Origin: Clostridia bacterium
GTDB lineage: Bacteria; Bacillota; Clostridia; Oscillospirales; Acutalibacteraceae
NCBI GenBank assembly: GCA_017433225.1
Contig: JAFRHS010000044.1
Span: 28,317-92,316 of the forward strand
Length of the DNA: 64,000 nt
Direction: 5' to 3'
The notes under the pieces are model-generated. The model saw nothing but the letters and a program-made list of their open reading frames with translations. It was not told the DNA's origin and searched no databases. Made by a program: the position numbers and the translations under genes. The stretch's first letter is position 1, and every line of letters starts with the position of its first letter. Below are positions 43,392 through 54,738 of the stretch, piece after piece.

Positions 43392-44474
43392 TCAGTCAAA
43401 ATAGCCTTTGGCAGCCAGCAGCTCGGCCAGCTCCACAGCGCCGCCGGCAGCACCGCGCAGGGTGTTGTGGGAGACGCAGACGAATTTGTAGTCGTACTGG
43501 GTGTCTTCACGAAGCCGGCCCATGGAGACAGCCATGCCCTTTTCGAGCATTCTCTTCTCTTTGGTCTGGGGCTGATCGTCTTCTTCGAAGTAGTTGAGGA
43601 AGTGCTCCGGAGCCATCGGCAGTTTCAGGGCCTGCGGCTCTGCGGTGAAGTTCTTCCAGCAGTCCAGGATCTCTTCCTTGGACGGTTTGTTCTTGAAGCG
43701 TACAAAGACCGCGGCGAGGTGGCCGTCGGAGACGGGGACACGCAGGCACTGCGCGGTGAAGTGAGGCTCGGTGGCCGGGACGATCTCATCGCCTTCGACC
43801 TTGCCCCAGATCTTCAGAGGCTCTTTCTCGGACTTCTCCTCTTCGCCGCCGATGTAGGGGATGACGTTGTCGAGGATCTCCGGCCAGTCTTCAAAGGTCT
43901 TGCCGGCGCCGGAAATGGCCTGGTAAGTGCAGACGAGGACGTCTTCCACACCGTACTTCTCATGGAGAGGGAAGAGCGGCGGGACATAGCTCTGAAGGGA
44001 GCAGTTGGACTTGACGGCGATGAAGCCGCGGGTGGTGCCGAGACGCTTCTTCTGAGCGGGGATGATGTCGAGGTGCTCCGGGTTCAGTTCCGGGACGACC
44101 ATCGGGACGTCTTTGGTGTGGCGATGTGCGCTGTTGTTGGAGACGACGGGGATGTCGGCTTTCGCGTATCTCTCCTCAAGAGCGGCTGTCGCTTCCTTGG
44201 ACATGTTGACAGCACAGAAGACGAAGTCGACCATCTCGCCGATCTTCTCGATGTCGTTCTCAGCGTCCATGATGATGACGTCTTCGAGTTCCTTCGGCAT
44301 CGGGGTCTGGAGCTTCCATTTGGCGCCGACGGCGTCTTTATACGTCTTGCCGGCGGAACGGGAGCTGGCCGCGAGAGCAACGATGTTGAACCACGGATGA
44401 CCCGAGAGGAGGGTGGCGAAGCGCTGACCGACCATGCCGGTGGCGCCGATGATACCTACGTTGTACTGTTTCAT
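43392..44474 (-). CDS. asd: Aspartate-semialdehyde dehydrogenase
   Basis: 360 aa. IIGATGMVGQ and SNCSLQ active-site region. Confidence 0.9.
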   Translation of the reverse strand: MKQYNVGIIGATGMVGQRFATLLSGHPWFNIVALAASSRSAGKTYKDAVGAKWKLQTPMPKELEDVIIMDAENDIEKIGEMVDFVFCAVNMSKEATAALEERYAKADIPVVSNNSAHRHTKDVPMVVPELNPEHLDIIPAQKKRLGTTRGFIAVKSNCSLQSYVPPLFPLHEKYGVEDVLVCTYQAISGAGKTFEDWPEILDNVIPYIGGEEEKSEKEPLKIWGKVEGDEIVPATEPHFTAQCLRVPVSDGHLAAVFVRFKNKPSKEEILDCWKNFTAEPQALKLPMAPEHFLNYFEEDDQPQTKEKRMLEKGMAVSMGRLREDTQYDYKFVCVSHNTLRGAAGGAVELAELLAAKGYFD

Positions 44475-44648
44475 GTTGTTTCCACTTCTTTCGAATTGTT
44501 GTTTAGATTAAAAACCGGTTGTAAACCGGCTCATCTTTTACTATAATAAAGCAAGTTTTTAATACTATATTACAGAGAAATACCAAAGTCAATGCAAATT
44601 GCGCCGAACTTTGTTAAAAACTCTCATATGTAAGGAGAAACATACCTC

Positions 44649-46815
<2,167 letters not shown>

Positions 46816-46874
46816 ACTATGTTATAATTTATGGCAACATGTGCCAAGCACAATACATTTGGAGGTAACTCACT

Positions 46875-47288
46875 ATGGATTTCGCAATTTTACTGAACAC
46901 CGCTTCCGGCGCTTCTGCCGCAGATCAGGGCGCAGCGCTCGGCTCCAGCGGATTTATGATCGTCATTCTTCTCTTCTTCGTCGTCTACATGTGGATGATG
47001 AGCCGCAGAGAGAAGAAGAACCGCAATGAAGAGCAGGCCATGAGAGACAGCCTGAAGGTCGGCGACGAAGTCGTCACCATCGGCGGCATCCTCGGCAAGG
47101 TCGTCTCCGTCAAGGACGAGACCGTCGTTCTGGAGACAGGCGCGGACCGCAACAAGATCCGTTTCACCAAGGCCGCCATCGCCACCAACGCTTCTGCCAA
47201 TGCCCGCGCGCAGGCAGACAAGGAAGCCAAAGAGGCTGCCAAAGCCAAGGAAAAGGCTGCGAAAAAGGAAGCCAAGAAAAAAGACTGA
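46875..47288 (+). CDS. yajC: Preprotein translocase subunit YajC with K/A-rich C-terminal extension
   Basis: TM helix plus LKVGDEVVTIGGILGKVVSV. Confidence 0.8.
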   Translation: MDFAILLNTASGASAADQGAALGSSGFMIVILLFFVVYMWMMSRREKKNRNEEQAMRDSLKVGDEVVTIGGILGKVVSVKDETVVLETGADRNKIRFTKAAIATNASANARAQADKEAKEAAKAKEKAAKKEAKKKD

Positions 47289-47361
47289 TCTTAGCAAGAA
47301 ACCTGAGGCCTGACGTATTCGTTGGGCCTTTTTTTGGAAGAAAATGGAAGGGTGTGTTGCC

Positions 47362-48777
47362 ATGAGTATCCAACTGTCAAAAGAAAACATGCGAAAAGGC
47401 ATGGAGGACATGAACGCGTTTGGTTCCCGACTGACCGGTTCCAAAGGACATCATGAGTTCGTCGAATACCTCAAAAACGAAGTCCGTGCGATCGGCTTCG
47501 AGCCGGTGTCCGACACCAAGACCTTCGAACGCTGGGAAGCGAAGGAGACGAAACTGGTCCTTCACACGAAGAAGGGCGATGTGGAAGTCCCCGTTGCGTC
47601 AGCCTTCCCGTATTCGGGAGAGACCGGTCCGGAAGGCTTTACCGGCAAACTGTCGAAGCTCCGTCCCTTCAAAGACATCGTCGTCATGCGGATGCCCGAC
47701 TTCAGCCGTGTCCCGGCTGCGGTCGCGTTCTCGGAGCGCCGTGCCATGCCGGCGGACCTGCATGTGACCAAATTCTATAAGGGTCCCGTCGCGGTCGCCT
47801 TCGTCAAGGCGACGGTCGGCATCTTCCTCGCGAAGTTCACCGGCGCGAAAGCCGCTGTCTTCATCTGGCAGAAGATGTCGAAAGAGATGGTCCAGGGCCA
47901 GTACCTGAACTTCATCCTCGGTCACCTCGGCATCCCGACGCTCTGGGTCAACGAAGAAGCCGGCAAAACGCTTCTGAAGGCCAGAAAGAAAAAGACGAAA
48001 GCTACCCTGACCCTCGATGCCGAGATCGAGAAAGACGCCTTCGCGGAGTCCTTCTATGTCATCGTTCCCGGTAAGAACCACAAAGAGAACATCATCATCA
48101 ACACTCATACCGACGGCGTCAACGCAGTCGAAGAGAACGGTCCCATCGCCATGCTGGAGATGCTCCGTTACTACAAGACCCATCAGCCGGAACGCGACCT
48201 CATCTTCGCGTTCGTCGCGGGACATTTCCGTCTGCCGGCCTTCGAGCACAGAAACTCGATTGCCCCGGTCCAGCAGGCGACGTCCGGCTGGCTGAACGAC
48301 CACAGAGACCTCTGGGACGGCAAGCGCCGCCACAAATACACGGTCGCAGCCCTGGCCCTCGAGCATTTCGGCTGTGAAGAGTGGAAAGACGTCAAAGGGG
48401 TCTATCAGAAGACCAACGACGTCGACATCGAACTGACGTATACCGGCAACCAGGTCATGGACGACATCCTGTACCAGGCGCTGGAGGAAGAGCGGAGCAA
48501 AGTCCGCACCGTTTCGCTGCATCCCCACAACTTCATGCACTTCGGAGAAGGCCAGTCCACGTTCAATGTAGGCATCCCGGACATCTCCCTCTGCGTGGCT
48601 CCGGACTACCTGACGGTCGTCTCTGACGGACAGGAAATGGAGAAGTTCGACCTCGACCTCATGGAAGAGCAGGTCCGTGCCTTCATCCGCATGGAACAGC
48701 TCATCAACGAGAAGAGCGCAAAAGAACTGGGCCGTGCGGACTTCTACAGCTTCGGTTACGGCAAGACCCACAAGTAA
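47362..48777 (+). CDS. M28-peptidase-like protein (assignment tentative)
   Basis: FGSRLTGSKGHHEFVEYL and NTHTDGVNAVEENG resemble M28 metal-site segments. Not verified. Confidence 0.4.
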   Translation: MSIQLSKENMRKGMEDMNAFGSRLTGSKGHHEFVEYLKNEVRAIGFEPVSDTKTFERWEAKETKLVLHTKKGDVEVPVASAFPYSGETGPEGFTGKLSKLRPFKDIVVMRMPDFSRVPAAVAFSERRAMPADLHVTKFYKGPVAVAFVKATVGIFLAKFTGAKAAVFIWQKMSKEMVQGQYLNFILGHLGIPTLWVNEEAGKTLLKARKKKTKATLTLDAEIEKDAFAESFYVIVPGKNHKENIIINTHTDGVNAVEENGPIAMLEMLRYYKTHQPERDLIFAFVAGHFRLPAFEHRNSIAPVQQATSGWLNDHRDLWDGKRRHKYTVAALALEHFGCEEWKDVKGVYQKTNDVDIELTYTGNQVMDDILYQALEEERSKVRTVSLHPHNFMHFGEGQSTFNVGIPDISLCVAPDYLTVVSDGQEMEKFDLDLMEEQVRAFIRMEQLINEKSAKELGRADFYSFGYGKTHK

Positions 48778-48788
48778 AACCAAACAAT

Positions 48789-48823
48789 AAGACCCTCCTG
48801 ATGTTCAGGAGGGTCTTTCTTTT
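48789..48823. terminator. Bidirectional terminator
   Basis: AAGACCCTCCTG ATGTT CAGGAGGGTCTT followed by TCTTTT. Confidence 0.8.
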
Positions 48824-48831
48824 GTCTGTCG

Positions 48832-49407
48832 TTAACCGTGGTCAGTGAAGAAGCCGATGGCGGCTTTGACCGACTGGAAGGTGATCTCGGCCATTTCCTG
48901 CGGCGGGTGTTTGAAGTCGGAATCGACCCAGTCCTTGATGATGGACAGGATGCCGTAGGTGGAGAAGAGGGCCGTGATGTTCAGGACTTCCTTGCTGATG
49001 GGCTGCCGTTTCGACAGGTAGAAGACCGTCAGCAGTTTGTAGATGTCGTCACAGATCTTCTTCGTCATGTCCGCTTCTTTCGGGGACATGAGCAGGAGAC
49101 GGGTGGTCGTCTTGTTCTCGTAAAGATAGGTGAGGATCTCATTGTACATGTAGAGATAGCCGTTTTCGCCGGGCATGTCCGCATGTGCTTTCATGATGAT
49201 CGAGTAGATCTGTTTCGTGAACGAGTCGCAGATCTCATCGACGAGCTCGTATGTGCCGTTGTAGTGGAAATAGAAGGTGCTTCGGGAGATATCAGCGCGT
49301 TTGGTGATATCGGTGATGCTGATCTTGTCGATGTCCTTCTTTTCGTCCAGCAGTTCGAGAAATGCCGTTACAATGGCCTGCTTGGTTTTTCTGATGCGTC
49401 TATCCAT
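48832..49407 (-). CDS. TetR-family transcriptional regulator
   Basis: RKTKQAIVTAFLELL...ISITDITKRADISRSTFYFHY. Confidence 0.9.
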   Translation of the reverse strand: MDRRIRKTKQAIVTAFLELLDEKKDIDKISITDITKRADISRSTFYFHYNGTYELVDEICDSFTKQIYSIIMKAHADMPGENGYLYMYNEILTYLYENKTTTRLLLMSPKEADMTKKICDDIYKLLTVFYLSKRQPISKEVLNITALFSTYGILSIIKDWVDSDFKHPPQEMAEITFQSVKAAIGFFTDHG

Positions 49408-49644
49408 AACGTTTACCCCTTGATGGCATGATCGTGTGCAGAATTACACACCTGATTGCTGAAATGTCGATACAATCGATATACACCATATATTATTTAA
49501 TACAAAACACCTGTTATTGTCAAGTTTGTTTGCCGAAATAGAAACTATGTTTATTTTTTCCATAAACCGCCCTTGAGCAGACGGGTCCCTGGTGCTAAAA
49601 TAACGTGGAAATGTAATTGCCCCAGGGGAAAGAAGAGATGAAAC

Positions 49645-50811
49645 ATGGCAAACATCCACGACTATCTGTACTGGCGGGGTGACCTTCCGTTTTCGAATGT
49701 CCCGATCAATGAACTCGACGGACTGGTCCTGACGCGCTTTGCGTACATGCCGATGGAAGAACTGACACTCGACCCGTCGGAGACGGTAGTCAGCATCTGT
49801 GAGAAACTGAAAACGCTGCCGGTCGACAAGTTCCGGCTGGAAGGTGACATGCAGTTCGTCCATCTGCTCAGCAAGTCTGACCGGTTCGACGACCTGATCG
49901 TCACTGATTTTGTAAAGAACAATGACCCGGAGGCGGTCCTGCAGTTTGCAGCCGTCACCATCCATCTTCCAAACGACGAGCTGTACATCGCGTACTGCGG
50001 CACAGACTCGACGCTGACGGGCTGGAAAGAGGATTTCTACATGTCCTTCATGGAGGACGTCCCGGCTCAGAAGAAAGCGCTCGACTATGCGTTGGCCATT
50101 TGTAAAAAGTACCCGGGAAAACCGTTTCACCTCGGAGGTCATTCCAAGGGCGGCAACCTGGCGATCTATACGGCGGTCAACCTGCCGGCAGAACTCAAAG
50201 AACTCCTCGTGCACGTTAGCAACTATGACGGCCCCGGCTTCCCGCGGAGTTTCATCGACTCCCATGACTTTTCCAGCGTGAACGAACGGCTGTATTCCTG
50301 GCTGCCGCAGGAGTCTATGATCGGACGGATCCATGAACACGAAGAAGGGTTCCGGGTCATCGAGAGCACGGAAAACGGGATCATGCAGCACGACATCTAT
50401 TCCTGGACGACTCTGCCGACTTCCATGCGTGTCCTCGGGGCACCGGACGACACGTCGGAGATCACTTACCGCGCCATCCAGAACATCCTTACGAATACGA
50501 CACCGGAGCAGCGAAAGCGTTATATCGACCGCATCTTCGACCTGCTGACCTCGACCGACGGCAACTCCTTTGGCGAGGCGTTCCGGAACCTTCCGTTGAA
50601 GTTCACCGATGTGTTCCGGAGCGTGACCGACATGACGGCGGCGGAACACAAGGAAAACTCCGAGATGACGGCGACCGTCGTCCGCTCGTTCCTCGACGCG
50701 GCACTGTCGTACCACGAAGAGAAGCTGCCGGACTTTGGCGGGATGCTCGACAAGTTCACATTCGACATCCCGAACGTCCCGGTACTCGAAAAACTCAAAG
50801 AAAAACTATAA
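49645..50811 (+). CDS. Mbeg1-like (DUF2974) alpha/beta-hydrolase/lipase
   Basis: MANIHDYLYWRGDL N-terminus and GGHSKGGNLA nucleophile elbow. Confidence 0.75.
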   Translation: MANIHDYLYWRGDLPFSNVPINELDGLVLTRFAYMPMEELTLDPSETVVSICEKLKTLPVDKFRLEGDMQFVHLLSKSDRFDDLIVTDFVKNNDPEAVLQFAAVTIHLPNDELYIAYCGTDSTLTGWKEDFYMSFMEDVPAQKKALDYALAICKKYPGKPFHLGGHSKGGNLAIYTAVNLPAELKELLVHVSNYDGPGFPRSFIDSHDFSSVNERLYSWLPQESMIGRIHEHEEGFRVIESTENGIMQHDIYSWTTLPTSMRVLGAPDDTSEITYRAIQNILTNTTPEQRKRYIDRIFDLLTSTDGNSFGEAFRNLPLKFTDVFRSVTDMTAAEHKENSEMTATVVRSFLDAALSYHEEKLPDFGGMLDKFTFDIPNVPVLEKLKEKL

Positions 50812-50817
50812 ACAGAA

Positions 50818-50853
50818 AACACGGAGGACCGTTTCAGTCCTCCGTGTTGTTTT
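50818..50853. terminator. Bidirectional terminator overlapping the recombinase 3' end
   Basis: AACACGGAGGAC CGTTTCA GTCCTCCGTGTT. Confidence 0.7.
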
Positions 50854-51820
50854 GTGCGATCTTGTTCAGCGGGTTCGCGTCGGTCGCGGATTTCAGCTGT
50901 TCGTTGACCACGTGTGTGTAGATCTGTGTGGTGCCGACGTTCTCGTGTCCGAGGATCTCTTTGAGAAGCAGGACGTCGACGTCTCCGTACTGGTACATGA
51001 GCGTGGCCGCGGTGTGGCGGAGCTTGTGGACCGAGTAGCCCTCGAGTCCCGCTTTTTCCAGCGTCGTGTACACGATGTGCTGGACCGTCTTCGGCGAGAT
51101 GCGCTGTTTGCGGTTGCTGAGGAACAGCGCCTCTTTGTCCTTGACGCCGTCGACCGGCCGGACTTTCATGTACTCGTTGATGGCGGCGATACACGCGTCG
51201 TTGAAGTAGATGGTACGTTCTTTATTACCTTTTCCGGTGATCTTGACCGTGTTGTCGTCCCGGATGTCCGTGTAATTGAGGCTGACGAGCTCTGAGAGCC
51301 GCATCCCGCAATTCAGGAAGAGAGTGATGATCGCGTAGTCGCGCTCCTTATTGGGCCCCTCAGCGGCCTTTGAGAGCAGTTTCATGCTCTCGTCGAGTGT
51401 GAGGTACTTCGGCAGGGACTGCTTCATTTTGGGCGTCTCCAGCTCCTGCATGGGGTTTTCGTCGATGACGTGTTTCTGGACCGTACAGTATTTGAAAAAC
51501 GCGCGCAGGGTAGAGACCTTCCGGGCACGGGTCCGGGCGGAGTTCTCCCGCTCGTCCTTGCACCAGGAGAGGAACGCGTAAGCGTCTGCCAGCGTGATCC
51601 GCCGGATGTCCTTCTTGTCGATGTCCGAGATGTCGATCTCGTCAAAGGGAGTGTCCTCCGGTACATCGCCCCAGTACTTCTTCAGAAAGCGGAAGAAGAG
51701 GCGAAGGTCCGATGCGTACTCCGAAATGGTATTCTTGGACTTGTTGCGGATGGCATCCATATAGTTGAGGAATTCCACCATCAGAACGGGGAAGTCCCTG
51801 TAATCCTGCCGGGTGATCAT
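50834..51820 (-). CDS. Tyrosine recombinase, XerC/XerD-like
   Basis: R...HKLRHTAAT...LGHENVGTTQIYTHV catalytic signature. ATG 51820 is preferred because the upstream in-frame ATG (51871) lies inside a TATAAT box. Confidence 0.8.
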   Translation of the reverse strand: MITRQDYRDFPVLMVEFLNYMDAIRNKSKNTISEYASDLRLFFRFLKKYWGDVPEDTPFDEIDISDIDKKDIRRITLADAYAFLSWCKDERENSARTRARKVSTLRAFFKYCTVQKHVIDENPMQELETPKMKQSLPKYLTLDESMKLLSKAAEGPNKERDYAIITLFLNCGMRLSELVSLNYTDIRDDNTVKITGKGNKERTIYFNDACIAAINEYMKVRPVDGVKDKEALFLSNRKQRISPKTVQHIVYTTLEKAGLEGYSVHKLRHTAATLMYQYGDVDVLLLKEILGHENVGTTQIYTHVVNEQLKSATDANPLNKIAQNNTED

Positions 51821-52081
51821 ACTGTTCCAGTCCTTTCGTGGGCGATGTGCCGCGTCTGGCAAATTATACAAAATATTTTGAAATATCTCAAGTGGTTCCC
51901 CGGCGGGGAAGGGCGCTAATGTGGTTTTTCAGCGGTGACTGTCATCATTTTTTCAAGATGCGTTACATATATGACAAAGAGTCGGAAAACGTCCTTTTAA
52001 TCTGCACAACTTATGATATATTTTAGCGGGATAAATAATTGTTAATGTATTCATATTGGGATTCATGGAGGAGAAAGATCT

Positions 52082-53023
52082 ATGGCAATCATTCGTCTGT
52101 CAGACACGTTCCGTTCCGCATCGCAGGACCCGACCGATGTCCAGTATTATATCTGGTACGATGCGGACGTTGCTCCGAAAGCCTGTCTTCAGCTGACGCA
52201 CGGTGTGGCATGTTACATCGACCGCTATGAGGAACTGGCTCGGTTCTTCGTGAAAAACGGCTACGCGGTCTGCGGCATGGACAATCTCGGTCACGGACGC
52301 ACCGCCGGTCTTGAACGGCTCGGCATCATGCCGGACGACGGCGCGGATGCGGTCATCGAAGACATGCACACGCTGACCGGCATCATGAAAGAAAAATTCC
52401 CGGGACTGCCGTACATCCTGCACGGCCACAGCCTCGGATCCATCTACGCGCGGTGCTACTGCATCAAATGGTCTGACGAACTCGACGGCGCCATCTGGGA
52501 AGGTTCCGGCTGGGTCCCGTCGCTGGTCACGAAACTCGTACCGGTCATGCAGAAGATGTCGGAAACCGGCGGCCCGGAGAACTCCAACAAGCTGATGGCC
52601 GATGCCGGGAACGTCATCCTGGACCTCGGCATTTTCCCGCCGGAGACGCTGCTCGCGTGGCTGTCGAAGGACATGGTCAACCAGAAGCTGTACATCGCGG
52701 ACCCGTACAACGGCGCTCCCGCGTCGAACTCCATGAACCGTGTGCTCATCGAGAACCTTGCCAAGTGCAGCAAAAAGGACTGGTTCAGGAGCATCCGTCA
52801 CGACCTGCCGGTGTTCATCTGTTCCGGCGACAAAGACCCGATCGGCCTCTGGAGTTTCGGCATCCGCCGTCTGTTCCTGACCTGCGTCGACTATCTCGAC
52901 AACATGACGTTCAAGCTGTATGACGGCCGTCACGAGATCCACAACGACTTCTGCAAAGACGAAGTCTACCGCGATCTGCTCGATTTCTGCAACGAAGTCG
53001 CAGACGGTACCTACAAAGCATAA
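52082..53023 (+). CDS. Alpha/beta hydrolase (lysophospholipase / monoacylglycerol-lipase-like)
   Basis: LTHGVACYIDRYEE, GHSLGS elbow, C-terminal DGRHEIHND. Confidence 0.8.
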   Translation: MAIIRLSDTFRSASQDPTDVQYYIWYDADVAPKACLQLTHGVACYIDRYEELARFFVKNGYAVCGMDNLGHGRTAGLERLGIMPDDGADAVIEDMHTLTGIMKEKFPGLPYILHGHSLGSIYARCYCIKWSDELDGAIWEGSGWVPSLVTKLVPVMQKMSETGGPENSNKLMADAGNVILDLGIFPPETLLAWLSKDMVNQKLYIADPYNGAPASNSMNRVLIENLAKCSKKDWFRSIRHDLPVFICSGDKDPIGLWSFGIRRLFLTCVDYLDNMTFKLYDGRHEIHNDFCKDEVYRDLLDFCNEVADGTYKA

Positions 53024-53036
53024 GGTGTGGCATAAG

Positions 53037-53070
53037 AAAAACCTCTGGGATCCTCCAGAGGTTTTTGTTT
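53037..53070. terminator. Bidirectional terminator
   Basis: AAAAACCTCTGG GATCCT CCAGAGGTTTTT. Confidence 0.8.
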
Positions 53071-53076
53071 TTGTAT

Positions 53077-53349
53077 TCAGTCGCGGAAGTTGAATTCGTC
53101 CCTGTGCTCTTCCTGGAACTGGCGGTACAGTTTGTCGAGCAGTTTCCGGTCTTCCACGATGTCAAAGTCCTGTTCGCCGTCGTCGTTCTCAACGACCTGC
53201 AGGATCAGCACTTCCGCGTTCTCCAGATCGCCCTCGAGGGGGAGGAGCGCCACATAGTTGCAGTGGTCGTATTCAATATAGTCGAGGAATTCGAAGGGGA
53301 CTTCGTTTCCGTCTTCGTCGTAAAGCACGATCAGGTTTTCGTTGTTCAT
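53077..53349 (-). CDS. DUF1292-family small acidic protein
   Basis: MNNENLIVLYDEDGNEVPFEFLDYIEYD pattern. AAGGAG Shine-Dalgarno. Confidence 0.75.
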   Translation of the reverse strand: MNNENLIVLYDEDGNEVPFEFLDYIEYDHCNYVALLPLEGDLENAEVLILQVVENDDGEQDFDIVEDRKLLDKLYRQFQEEHRDEFNFRD

Positions 53350-53399
53350 CGAAAAACTCCTTTGCAGTCTTTGGTATGGAGACATTGTAACGGATTTTG

Positions 53400-54150
53400 A
53401 AAGCGTTCGCAACCGGAAGAGGAGTCTCACCCACACTTGTTAAATATTTCACAAATAGGGGACGTTGACCGGTCAATAGGGGCCCTATGGCTGTTTTCCC
53501 GGGTGTTTGGCCGGAACACCACACGGTTTTGACCTGTTTTGAGGCGATTTAAGGCTCAAAAAGTCTAAAAAACCGCGTAGATTAGCCAAAAATTGGCATT
53601 TTAGAAGGCCTAATCTGGCTCTGAAAGCCTTAAAATGGCCCAAATATACAAATTCAACCAGAATTTTTCGCACAGAGGCTGGTTCGTTCCAAAAAAACTG
53701 GTTGAATGAGGAAAATCGCTCAAATGCCATTCAACCAGAATTTTTGAGACAGAGGCTGGTTCGTTCCAAACATTTCTATTGAATGGAGCCAATAGAAGCT
53801 TTTGAAACGAACCAAGGTTCGAATGAAATAACGTAGTTGAATGAAAGAAACAGATCGAATAGAAAGAAATAAAATGAAGGAAGCATTGAAACTAAAACTG
53901 TTATGGAATGAGAAAAAGAAAAACACAACTGCAAAAACGGAAATAAATGCAGAAGTGTAATTACTATATAATATAAATATACCAAAAACGGCGTAGATAC
54001 TGGGGTTTCGGGCAAAGCCTGTCTAGGGGCTGTATTCTGAAATTCCTCCCCTCAATTATACAAAACATTTATTTTGTATAATTATATGGAAAATTTTCAG
54101 GGGCAGAAATACAGGATTTCCGGCCATTCCCCCTCGGTAAATCGCCAAAA
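53400..54150. repeat. AT-rich non-coding region with nested direct and inverted repeats
   Basis: Two 42-nt direct repeats (53652-53693, 53729-53770; 39/42 identical) with an internal AACCAG/CTGGTT hairpin. An inverted partial copy near 53800. Many TGAATGA-like units. A 12-bp perfect inverted repeat at 54054-54083. No convincing ORF. Confidence 0.7.
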
Positions 54151-54193
54151 AAATACACTTAGAGGACTCTTATTGATCACTCTAAGTGTATTT
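54144..54193 (-). terminator. Intrinsic terminator of the glnA2-ANTAR-HAD operon
   Basis: AAATACACTTAGAG / CTCTAAGTGTATTT 14-bp stem with a U-run on the minus strand. Confidence 0.7.
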
Positions 54194-54718
54194 CTTTTTA
54201 CCGATATTGATGAGCTTCAGCCACCACGGCGGGTTCTGCAGCATGTTCAGCGCCGGTTCGATCATGGTTTCCCGGAACCCGTCGACTTTGGGGTCGGTCT
54301 TTATCCACCACTCGGACAGCCGGTATTTCTCCCAGAAAAAATTGGCGTCGTCCAGGATGACGAATCCATCGACCCGGTATGGATATTTCCTCAGATATTC
54401 CAGGACTTCTCCCGGCCGGTCCCTCGTTTCCGACACTCCGGTCTTGTCGTATAGCTTGATGCCGTACATCGCGAGACCGGTATCGACGATCTTCCCCCCT
54501 ACATCGCGCAGCTTCGGATCTCTGTTCCAGCCGTAGCGCCAGGAGGACGTGAGGATGATGTTCACCGTGTTGCCATGTTGTTCGGACAATTCGATGAGGC
54601 GTTTCACCCGTTTGATCGCTTCCGGGTCCAGCGGGTTCTCGGTGATGCTTTTGACCGTATCGTAAAAGGACATGGAATTGATGACGCCGTCGACATCCAT
54701 AAAAATGAGGTAATGCAT
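54182..54718 (-). CDS. HAD-superfamily (HAD_SAK-like) phosphatase-fold protein
   Basis: MHYLIFMDVDGVINS (DxDG motif). AAGGAGG Shine-Dalgarno before ATG 54718. Confidence 0.6.
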   Translation of the reverse strand: MHYLIFMDVDGVINSMSFYDTVKSITENPLDPEAIKRVKRLIELSEQHGNTVNIILTSSWRYGWNRDPKLRDVGGKIVDTGLAMYGIKLYDKTGVSETRDRPGEVLEYLRKYPYRVDGFVILDDANFFWEKYRLSEWWIKTDPKVDGFRETMIEPALNMLQNPPWWLKLINIGKKKYT

Positions 54719-54738
54719 GGGCGCCTCCTTCCCTGTCC

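Noticed and set aside
44475-44648. Lysine (L-box) riboswitch upstream of asd-dapA-dapB
   Set aside because: The minus-strand leader after the TTGACT-17-TAATAT promoter is only about 90 nt. It contains just one short CCGGTT-TAC-AACCGG hairpin, far too small for the five-helix L-box.
50834-51871. Tyrosine recombinase as a marker of a second mobile element
   Set aside because: Its flanks are ordinary genes with host-like composition, each with its own terminator. No flanking direct repeats, excisionase or cargo were seen. It is most simply a chromosomal Xer-type recombinase, although the repeat region at 53.4 kb lies 1.5 kb away.
53652-53770. Two 42-nt direct repeats separated by 35 nt, superficially like a minimal CRISPR array
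   Set aside because: There are only two copies, differing at three central positions. The 'spacer' itself contains an inverted copy of the repeat start. There is no third regular unit, no leader-like context and no cas genes anywhere in the window.
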